From Antedon mediterranea (lineage: Eukaryota; Animalia; Echinodermata), in NCBI RefSeq assembly GCF_964355755.1, contig NC_092673.1, forward strand, positions 28,827,648-28,891,647: a stretch of 64,000 bases of DNA, read 5' to 3'. Positions 37,971 through 50,000 of the stretch are shown here, one piece after another. The notes beneath the pieces are model-generated. The model was not told the DNA's origin, made no database searches, and saw nothing but the letters and a program-made list of their open reading frames with translations. Positions within the stretch are counted from its first letter, which is position 1; each line of letters begins with the position of its first letter. The position numbers and the translations under genes were made by a program.

Positions 37971-40900
37971 TAGTGCTGAGGCAGGGAGAGCACATTTACC
38001 ATCTTTTTTTTTTGGCTCTCGCCAACTGCTTTGATGGTTAAAATTTTATGTTTAGCGCCCTCAATTTATTTTAATGTAAAAAAAGGGAATTAATTCTCTT
38101 CGTTACGTGTTTAGAAGAGAATTCATTTTATCTCATCGTAGTTTGGTATGCCGTGCGTTTGTTATGCAAATGAGTGTGCACATGTGCTGTGGGAAAGATA
38201 GTATTGTTAGTCATTCGCGATCAACACACAACACTGTTCAATTTTTATTTTGTTAATCTTTTACATTAGAATTGTAATTCTACCGTTACACATTATAGTG
38301 TATTTTTAAATATCCGTTTCATGCAAGATATTGTATTGTAGGCCTACTAATATGTTGTGAATAAAAGTTTATGGCAGAATAAATAAATAAATATGTTTTA
38401 AGCAGATCTTCGAAATTGAAGCATATAATTATGAAGTCGAGTTTTTTAAAAAATCGCATCTGGATAGTTGAAATTTAACATTATAATTATCAAAGGTGAT
38501 ATGATAAATCTAATTGTTTTCTAAATTATAGAAATATTAAAATTAGTAAGTAGGCTTTTGTGTGCTAGCTCTGTTTGTATTTCATAATTTTGTTTTGTTG
38601 AATTACCGTCACGGCCGCGTGCATTGCATGTCTCACACTTGGGAAACAATCACCATTGTATGGCTGGTCCTGAAGACTTTTATATTTCGTTTCATAATTT
38701 CCGGAGACTAAGCTTTCATTCTTAGCTCTGCCCCAACCATGGTGAGCTTAACTTAGCTTATTTAATTTCATATTTTAATAAATATTTTTTTCAAAATTAA
38801 TGTCTTTGCTCAGCCCCAATCATGGTTGGGTAGTGAAGACTCTTATATATCATGTTTCAAAATACAAAAGTTTCATTTCTGGGGACCTTGTAGCTATTTT
38901 AAACAGTTTGGTAAGCCCTGCGTTGTTATGCAAATGAGTTTGTGCAGGTGTAATGGGGAAGATGGTATTGTTAGTCCTACGCGGTGAACACGCCACAAAA
39001 TTAAATTTAAAAGTTAAATTTTGAATTTGTTAATCTTTATTAGAAATTCAAATCATGTAAAGATACAATTTTCCGGGCGGGAATCTAGAAACTCCCCTCC
39101 TTTAGTTTACAAAAGTAATCTTGAAAAGAACCCCATGTGGAAAAGAAGCTTATCCGTTGAAAAGAAGCCACCGTACCAAAGAGTACTAACAAATGAGGAA
39201 CATTCGGGGTGTTATGGTGTCTATTTAAATGAAAAATGAATGCCATACACTTGTGTTTATGATTAAGGTCCACTTGCCTAGGCCTGACATTTTCAACCCT
39301 CCAAATATCTCTCTTTAAAAAAAACCAATATTCATAAAAAAATATCCGTAGAGGTTCGAACCCCAACTGATACCACTCAAAACTGAGCATTACCCGTTGC
39401 ACCACAAACTGAAACATGACTGAACAGCTGATAATTGTCTATTTATACGTGTATTACGTAACTCATCATTACATCATGGTGTTTAATTAATTATCTATAT
39501 AAATTATATTTATTGATTCAATCCTGTTATGGGCGACTTTGGTCGCTGTTGGATAAAGATAAAAAAAAAAAATAACCTTGATTAATTATCTCTCACCGTT
39601 TGGTAAAAGTGCACCTATCTATTCATTGAAATATAAAATTAAATATTAAGTCTCCAGTACTAGCCCATCCATGGTTGAGGCAGAGCAATGAAAATAGAGC
39701 CAATAAATGCACTTACTTATACTTATTACTATACATAGTCACCTATGATAATTATGATAATGTTAAAATTTCAACTATCCAGATGCGACTTCAACATTTT
39801 AGGTGGGGTTTTCTACTTTAAAAACTCGACTTCGTATATGTCTAAGGCCTAGCCCGGCGGCGGAATTAGTCTAAGCTTCCTGGAAATCGGCATCTTTGCA
39901 AATGTTCTATATCACTGTGCTACCCTGGTGCTAAATTGGGTCCACTTGAGCAGACCGTAGTACTATTTCTATTATTGAAGTTAATAAAGGCATAAATGGC
40001 GCTCCGTAGAGAAGTAGAGAATGCTCCAGTCGTCAGAATAACACTCTGAATATACCTCCGCTCTCAGCACAGCAGCCTACTTGCGATGAGTCCTTCACAA
40101 GAAGTCGTGTGTACAAAATCTAGGGATGTTTAAGAAGAGATTAAAGTAAACAACAATGTTTAATAGTTTCAGTTTGTTCAGAATTTATTAAAGTAATTCT
40201 CTTCCGACATTGGGAGAAACACCCGACGAGAATACCGATGAGCACTGGTTTAGGAGGAAGCTAGCAGCACAAAACAGTACAGTAGTAGTCTTGACAAGGT
40301 GTTTAGCTGGTTGAGATTTTATAGCTCAGATATCCTATGAAGTAGGCCTAAGTTTATTGCTTAGTTTACAGGTAATGAATCACTTTTATCAAGATTTTTG
40401 TGAAGGTTCTCTACAAGTCATTCTAGGCCTATAGCTTTGATTTGAATATGTCTCTATATAAGACATTATATCAAATGTGCAATAATTAAAACAAAATACT
40501 AATAACATAATTTTCAATAAATTTATTTTTTTTCACTGTCAATTTAAAAATTGTTTTTTTTTCTAATCAAGGTTTGATTTTATTTTTGTAATAATTTTTT
40601 TTATACTACCTACTGTTGTAATATTTTTTCGATATAATAATTAAATATTCTTTTTTATGATCTGTGGTATCAGAAATAAAAAAATGTATCTTCTACTTAA
40701 TTAACATTTTTGCTATTATTAAAACTGGATTTGATATTTTGTTTTGTACTTAATACCACTTTGAGACAAAATATAAAAAACAACTTTAAATCAAATAATA
40801 TTTGACCTGACCACAATGATGTCCTTTTTAATTAACTGTAAAAGAAAGTCGCACATTTTCCTGTGTTTCTAACCAATTTAAAGGTTAGTGACCGGGTTAT

Positions 40901-41536
40901 GACGGTGACATCACAATTTAGTGACCGGATTAAGAAGGTAATATCACAATATTTTGAACTTTAAGATCATATTCATATAGCCACCCGTTTCTTAATATTT
41001 TCTACAATATGTGTTATGATATTTTTATAATTAGATATTGTATTGTATTTTATATTTTCAACTTTTATTTCTAAATTGCATAAAGTGATTGTAGAATACG
41101 ATTTTAATTTGCAAAAACAGCAGTCAATATTTGTATATTAAAAAGACAACATTAAAATTCTAAAAACACTGAATGGACGTTTGAAACTTTAAAAATATAG
41201 GTATTTTTATTTAATTTTAAAAAATGTAGAAAATAATCAATATTTTTAAACTTAAAAGTTTTGTTATTGTTCATAATAACCTCTATGCGCTTCACATAAA
41301 GAAATTCATGAATTAAATAAAATAATATTTTTTACCATCAACAATTTAATTTTGAATTTTCAGGCACTAAAATTGTAATTTCAAACAAAAATGTACCTAA
41401 ATGTTTGGATTTTCCTGTCTATTAATAACCACATGAATGAAACTGACCATGTGATTTACATTCTTCTTGTACACCAGTCTAGTTTATACTGTATGATTAG
41501 ATTATCTCATAAAAACATACAATTTTTGTCACTTAA

Positions 41537-43555
41537 AGTAGGTATCCCAATGAAAGCGCACAGAGGGGTATCACTTTTGAAATATTGACGAAATTCGAAA
41601 AAGTAGTATGACTTTGATGTTAAATAAATCGTATTCAATCTTAATTAATACTTACAAAATTTATATTGTTTGAAAGTACTTGTTTTAATCTATGTATAAG
41701 TGTGTTTATAATTAAAATTAATGAATTAGTTGCCGAGAAAATGCGATTTTAAAACGGTTCTAAAATCCCGTCGAGCCGATTTCCGCGCGTTGAAAACCTC
41801 ATCGGAAAATCCCCATCAGTTTTCAAAACACGATCGCACGATTACCATTGGAGCTAGCGGATTAATTTTTGTTGTATGTTATCAGGCTTTAAATAAGCTT
41901 TAATTTGATACGAAAATCGTCTTCTATAAATAGGTTTTTCGTAACGAAAAGTCAATTTTTGTGACAAAAATCCAATTTTGATTCACCGTTTATGGAAAAA
42001 TATTATGGATTTTGGTATTAAATTATAGCTAAATCTACATTGAAATCGATAAAACATAGTTTACAAACGTATTGTGCATGGTAATTGTGCGAACTACATT
42101 TTAAAATGGTGCATGAGGGGTAAATCCCGTTCAAAAATTTTAAAGATCCAACCATTATAATCCGGTGAATATTGTAGTGAGTAAAATATTGTACTCTAAA
42201 ATACGCGCGTGTTTGTTGTGGCGTTTTCTGTTAAATACATTAATGCACCCTATCAGCGAATGGTACGTTCCATATTTTGAACACGTTGTTTAGTTTTCCT
42301 CGCTCGAGTTCGACCGGCTCGACGCAAGATGTGTGACAGCAGCGATGTCGGAGATTGACATGTCCTTTTCCGTCGTAGAATATCTGGTTTTACACATTAA
42401 TTTAACAACTTAAAATTGATGTAATGTGTGGAAGATTTATTATGCAAGTATACAATGCAAATGCGTTAGGTTAAAATGTACCGAGGAAATGTATTAAGCT
42501 AATTTACCAACGTTACATTTGACTCTGTATACGGCGGCCGAAAGTCATTAACTGCGACCGAAATACTTTAACGGGAGCGACTACTGATCGCGAGTAAGCC
42601 GTGACTTGGCCTAAACTTTAGCTCCGTATTTCAATTTAATAACGTAATAATACGAAAAGAAAACAATTTTTATAATGTTATATATACTATTCAGGTAAAC
42701 AATTAATTGTTTTACTTAACATTGATTAGTTTAAATGAGTTTATTTTGACCCATATTGTGCGTTTGCCTTAAAGAGCATATCTTACTTAGCAGCCTGGCT
42801 TAGATTTGGTGTCATAATCATATGGGCCTAAAATCTTGTTTTACGTATTCAAAAGTTATATATAATAGTATTTATGATTGAAATTATAAATATAAAGTAT
42901 ATTAAAATATTCTAATAATTATACTTACCGAAAATTAGTGTAAAAGAAAGTAAACAGTACACACCGTTTTTAACATACTTTTTCATTTTTTTTTTTTATA
43001 ATTTTAAATTTCACCATTAAAAAATTTTTTTTTTTCATATACACATCTAAAATATATTTATTAATGAAATATACACTACATTCTAACAAGTACAAAAAAA
43101 ATTTCATGAATTAGTACAGTAGTTCAAAAGTTACAGATCATTGAAAAATTGCAGTTTTTTCATTTTTTAGGGAATTCCAGCAAAAATGGGCGTTAAATGC
43201 TTTCCTACCACTTTGCGGACCAATAATTTAAAAAATAGGTTTCGTTGAGGCTCCAAAAAAAATAGAGTTATACAACTCTGTGATATCTATAGGTTTAACA
43301 AAATTCAAAACTTTTAACTAATTATTGTAAAAGTTATAACCTTTTAAAAATGCTTCCAATTTCAACTGCAAAAAACACCATTTTTAGGCAAAAAATCGTA
43401 TATTTTTTTACCACTTTAAATAACCATAACTTTAGAACGGGTAATCGGATTTCAATCATTTAAATTGCAAAATGCTAATTACATTAAGTTCTTTATGGTT
43501 AACTGAAAGAAAATGTAAAAAAATTAATTTGAATTTTTTCATTGGGATACCTACT
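41537..43555. mobile_element. 2.0-kb non-autonomous TIR DNA transposon with TAA TSD
   Basis: Perfect 19-bp TIR AGTAGGTATCCCAATGAAA / TTTCATTGGGATACCTACT, TAA on both flanks, CpG-richer interior. Confidence 0.8.
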
Positions 43556-44043
43556 TAAAGTAAAGTTTGATATACAGAGCTTTATTCTACTAAATACAAC
43601 TCAATTAAAGATATATTTAATTATATTGTTTAGTTGAACTTCACCAAACGTATGTTTTAAAAGCATAAAACCACCCAGTCTTAGATATAAAAGCTACTTT
43701 CCATGTTCTGCGTCAACTCATTTCCTTTAATTTCCATGAGTGGCTACAACATTCTCATTGTTCCTGGGATGTTCTTCAAATCCCGGAGGTGTGCTTGAGT
43801 CCCGGGAGTCTATTTGAGTCCCGGGGGGTTGTTCTCGAGGTCCCTGGGGTTTTCTTGAGTCCCCGGGGGGTGTTACAGTTTTTTACAAGGACAAACAGAT
43901 GGTTGTTGCACAGAAGCTGATGTAGATTTTATCAATTATATTTTATAATATCAGTGAGTAATAAACAAAATTGGTATTGTTAATGTACATTTTTTTCAAA
44001 TTTTGAATTAATTACTAAATTTGTATCGCTGTAGGAGGAAAAG

Positions 44044-47000
44044 ATGTTGGAAGATTCGGGAGAGACAGGTGTGAAGATGGGTAAGGCTGGCTACCTGTAT
44101 CATCGTCCAGGTGGAGGTAAGACTGTATTCTTTATCATTCTTTTTTTGGTTTATTGTAATTATATTCCTAATTTTTTTTGTATATATCGGGAAATCTTTT
44201 AGTTATTTCCTATTTTTAAAACTATAAAACAGACTTTCCATTCAATGATAGTCATGCTTCAGGAATCACCAGAGTAGATTAAAAGATAGTTAGGTTTGAA
44301 TAGGTTGTCTGTAATAAAGGGGGTTTCCCTGATGCCATTAAAAAACACTTGCATACAAATGGCTATAGTACATTGCAGGGAAGAATGAAATACTCCACTC
44401 TTCCCTGGTTTTTACATTGAGGTGAATGTTTATACTGTAAAAAGTACATAACAAATAATTGGTATTACATTATGTCAATATCAAAAAGGCACTAGAAACA
44501 TCTAATACTTACTGTAGATATATAAAATGATTTTCATTATGAATAAATGGATTAAAAAATATGTTAAAAGCTGCTGCCGAGCAAGCCACATGATATTACA
44601 ATAATTTAAAATTGTATTATAAGAGATTTCATTTTTTAAATCTATGAAACATTTTTTTGCATACTGTCTAAGTTATGTGAGCAAATGCACATAGTCCATG
44701 TTGCTAGAGCCTTCATTACTTACCAGACCAATATACAGTAGAACCTCTCCGTTGGGACATCCCTATAAAGGGGACACTTTACTGTGAAATGATGGCAATA
44801 TATTTTAACATTATGGCCAACCCACTTTAGGGGACACCCCTATATCGCTATAAAGGGAACACTATACTGTGAAAAAACGACTGTTTTAACACTAGTCCAA
44901 CCCACTTTAGAGGACTCCTAAAAGGGAACCCTAGCATTTTTAACCCCTATGCTCCTCCAGTTCTGTAGGATATGGGTGTCTATATTATAACAAACATTTT
45001 AGCAATGAGGGACAATATATCTATAGCCAACTCCTATTCAGGGTACACTTTGATGGGTCCAAATGTTGTCCCCTTAATAGGAGCTCTTCTGTAGTAATAT
45101 ATGCATTTATAACACCTACTGTACAAGTATGCTATGACACATGATTCAGGGGATTCTACATGTTCTGTAAAGCTCTGTCTTCACTATCAAAACAGTGTGA
45201 TGTGCCCAAATATACTGTAGTAGTGATATGCCTAAGTATGGTAGTGATATGCCCAAGTATGGTAGTGATATGACATCATCATGTCCATATAGTGTATGGT
45301 CATTATCACATTTATTTGTTGCATAACATTTGATAGTGTAGACAGAGCTTAAGATGAGTGTGTGCAGTATACCATAACAAACATTTAGCTGTGGTGTGAA
45401 TCACTAATAACGTTTTCACAGTAACAGGAAAAGTGGCATTTCCTTCTAATCATCACTTAGTTTTTTTAAACTAAGTTCAAGAACACTAATCAGTTGGTAT
45501 TACAGTAGTTAATAAAACCACTAAAAATAGAATTTTTGGCAGCCTTTTTAAAAGTTTGTATCTACCGATTCAGTATTATTTTCAATAGTAGGTCAATTGG
45601 TATACATACATTCATTATTATTAGTAGTAGACCTATTTAAGTAGATATCAATAATATTGCACTACAGTTGAATTTATAACATAACAAGATCTTAAATACC
45701 CTATCTAATATTACCACATTAACAGTACATATAATCTAGGCTAAATTCTGGATAAAAAAAATTATGGGTACATTCAGTGAAAGATGAATGTAATATTTTT
45801 AACTTTCACCTTATGAAATTATTTGCCCCATTACACTGACAAAAACATTCATTATTTGTATAATATTGAATGTTTTATATTAGTGTAATAGGGTGAAAGA
45901 TGAATGTAATATTGTATCTTTCACCTAATGAAATTATTTACCCCATTACACTCGTAAACATTCATTATTTGTGTAATAAGGAATGTTTTGTATTTGTGTA
46001 ATGGCGTGAAAGATGAAAGTTTATATTTTCACGCGGCAAAATTACATTTACAACAATGCTTTATTTTTCATTAATAGAATACTTCTATTTATAGGCAACA
46101 GCATTTTTTTTTATTCATACTACTGTAAAATTGACAAAATGTTAAACATAAAATTGCAAATTTGTTGACAGTGACTGAGTATCATTGGATATTCTGTATC
46201 TAGTTTCTGACATGACATACATAATACCGAGGCTGTCAGAATTCATCATGACTTCTTCACCGGAATTGATGTACTGAATTTACATAATCATTATGGCTTT
46301 AAAATGCAGTTTATGTAACTGACTATCACATTTATATCTATCTTATATATTGTAATGTACATTGAAATAAATTCAATTTGAGGTTGAAAATGGGAAATGT
46401 AAAAATCTGATATGTGATGCTAAACATGTTTAAATAATAAATTAAAAAAAGTTATATAAATTTGTTAACTAATTTGTTTTCATATGGGATGATTATAGTT
46501 TGATTAATTTATAAAATTTTCTCCAAATTATAAATACATCCAAGTTTAATGATTAGAATATTTTGGAATGCTAACAATTGTTTAAAAAACTGATGTTCCA
46601 AAAAATTGTACAGAAATGGGAAGCACCTAAAACCTCAACATACTCCGCCAGTCCCACCCACCTCCTCACAGTCCCACCCACCTCCTCACAGTCCCACCCA
46701 CCTCCTCACAGTCATAGCATAATTAGAAGGAATACGATTACAAAGTTAGTGATGATGTAATGAGGGCAAAGTGTAGTCATAAGATATCAAAGACGTCTAC
46801 TTTCTATAGACATTAAACCTCAATGTTAAATAGTATCATTGCCACGCCTACAGCAATTCATGAAGTAGATTATTGCGGATATTAAAATAAGCCTTGAAAT
46901 TGGTAAGGTTTTTAGATACTTGCCAAAACAGGCGCTGTGAACAGACATACATATCATTGATGAAAAAAGTTAATAAACCCTTAAGGAAAAAAAATAGCTT

Positions 47001-50000
47001 TTTCTCTCTCATGCATTTTTTACAAAAATGTTATTATATTTGCAACAACCAATGACCAAAGTATCATGTTTCTGTGTATTAGGACATGTTTCCTAACTTC
47101 CCACTTCGACTCAGGTTTGATGGTTCCTAGGTCCAGGTGACGACCAAAATCACATCAATAATTGAACAGAGAAATATAAAAAAATATTTAACAAATTGGT
47201 TTGTGTTTGTCTCCTGCAGTGGCCTCATGATTTAAATTATGATTTCTGTATTTTGAAATATACTAACACAGGTTTTTTTCATTTTACAATCTGGTGTCAA
47301 TGTAATGTATTCATTTACAGTATGTAGGTTGTCATTCATTACCATTAAGTCCATCTTACTTCATCTTAGTTCTCCTTTTTTTATATACCGGTATTTATTT
47401 TTTTATTTCATATGCATCCAACATTGAGCAACTCGCCAATTACAGTATGGATAATCTATTTATAATAATTCAACGTGCTAAGTCCCATTTAAGGCTTAGG
47501 GGATGGAAAGAGGCGTGAGTTACAACCCTGGCACTAGGGCAGGACTGAACCCCGGACCTTGGAATTGGAAGGCAAGCATGTTAACCACCAAGCTACAGCT
47601 TCACTACAGGAATGGATAGATAAATTAAGTTGTGTTCATGCCCCGGGGTGAGCTTATAACTGAAGGTGGTAGCATTCAACTTGGTCATTGTAACAGACTA
47701 CCTTGGATTTTAGCAAGCTTGCCGTCCGATTCTTGGAACTCTGTTACGTACTACAATTTTATTTCTCACAGACTCTTTTAACCTTTAAGATGAATCATAT
47801 ATTTTGTCATGTAATTTTTATGTAGAGTTAAGATACATAAAGCTACACCTAAATGGGGTTTAACTTTAAAACACTAAAATTGCCAATACATCTCTGTACA
47901 GAATAGGACATTTACAGTAGGACTATTATTATATTTAAGACTACTTTTTACCATATTTAGGATGCCATTACCATATTTGGGATTACCATTACCATATTTA
48001 GGATTACCATTACTATATTTAGCTTCATTCAGCCTTTAAACCCTATCTACACTATCAAACCTTATCACTACCATTATTTGGGCACATCACACATATTTTT
48101 CAAACTACTGAGGTTGATAGTGTAGACATAGTTTCAGTGTATTCAATCTTTTATCAATTACCGGTATGTTCAAACGCTGAGGACATCCCTATTCAGTGAA
48201 CACTTTCCCGTGAAATAAATGATGGAAATACTACTGTATACTTTTTTTACTTTGATTAAATTGATGATTATTTGATGAAATTAATCCTCAATTAATTTAA
48301 TCAAATTTTTTTTTTTTTTACAGCTTTAGGACGATTGAAGAAGAAGCGATTTTGGTTTGTTGTTGACCAGTTGAAATGCCATCTTGTCTTTCACAAGTCC
48401 AGTAGCAGTGACCAAGCTTGTCCAATAGGAGCAGTGGACATTAAGGATGCTTGTATTTCATTGCTTTTAGAGCATACTAACCAGTTTCTTATTTCGTAGG
48501 TTTTCAATCAATCAATATTTTGTTAAATAAATAATTATAATAATATCCTGGATTTATAAAACATTAATGTTGTGAAACCGCTATGCGCTGTACATATTAT
48601 TACCCCGGTCTTATTATTATTATTATTATTATTTTAAATAAGCTTTATGATATCAAATGCACAAAATTTGAATTTAAAATTCTCAACTGTCTTCACCCTA
48701 TGATACATAACTATGTGTGTCATTTCCCATGATCCAATTGAAACATTTGAGAATTTTGTGCATGACATGAACATATTTGATTTTTTTTTATGTTCGTTCA
48801 TTCATTCATTATTTATGCATTCATTCATACACATCATCCATTCCTCTATCTTTAAGTCAATTTACCTAAACCTTTATTATATATTCCTTTATTTATTTAT
48901 TCATCCTTCCATCCATTTATTCATACTGTAGTATTTTTTACCTTCATATTTTATTGTTAATTTTAAATAGGGGTTTTGTATTTGTTGTCTTGTTTTGCCC
49001 TGCATATGCTTGCTCCTCCAAGCTGTGACCTAGGATGTTTGTTACATTCTTAGGATTTTTATTTGAAATGAAGGATGATTTTACTACATTCTTCATTTAA
49101 TGATTAAGTTAGTTTATTTATTTAATTTATTTTCTACTTTATCATAATTTTCACAGAAGATTTTAAAATACACCCCTATTAAGGGAACACTTTCCTGTGA
49201 TAGGATCTCTATATTTTAACACTATGACCAACCCTTGTCATCAAATGAATTGATAAACCTGCAAAATAGCCGTTGGAAATAAAACTTATTTTTAAAATTC
49301 TGATTAGCATCTGAATTGCTATTGACAGTTCCCAAACATCTGGTTATTACTAAAAATTATCCACATTGCCAAATTAACTTTAAACTAATAAAATATAAGT
49401 TTATATATTAAATTTGCAAAGTCAAAAAAGATGTTTTAATTCTTTTGGGAAAATGGCACATTATAGTTGAAATCTTTTAAATCTATCCATTACCACTTTA
49501 TTTACCGATTTTATTTATATCAAGTGGTAGGTTTTGTTCTGTATAGTTGTTCTTTGTGGTTTTTGACCGTTCACCTATTTGACGGTATTCTCCACTTACA
49601 GATTAAAACACATGTTGCAAAAATGTTTTTAATCCTTTCATTGTCATGTGCAGTTATTGAGTGTGCAGGTTTTTTTTTCAATGTTGTGGTTTTTGACCGT
49701 GTATCGTAAATGTGACCATGCTCGCTGACAAGTTAATCTGCAACTATGCCTGATATACTCACTGACTAATAGTGTTATCATTTCCTGTAAACGATCAGGG
49801 ACTCGTAATAAAAGCGTGTGTCACATATCCCAGAATGGCGCTTCAAAAAACGCCTGACTTCAAAATCAAATCAGAAATCAAATCAGAGATCAAATCATAG
49901 CACGCCAATTAAAAACTCATTCATTATCTATTACACTCTGATCTCTAATTATCATTATTTTACCAAAACATACTATCAATCATTTTAAGCAAATTTTATT

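Larger units (their letters stand above)
35846..40058. mobile_element. 4.2-kb non-autonomous Mutator-like (MULE) composite element
   Basis: TIRs of about 160 bp, GAGGTATATTCAGA... (35846) and ...TCTGAATATACCTC (40058). Imperfect 9-bp flanks CTCGCTCAG/CGCTCTCAG. No transposase ORF seen. Confidence 0.7.
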
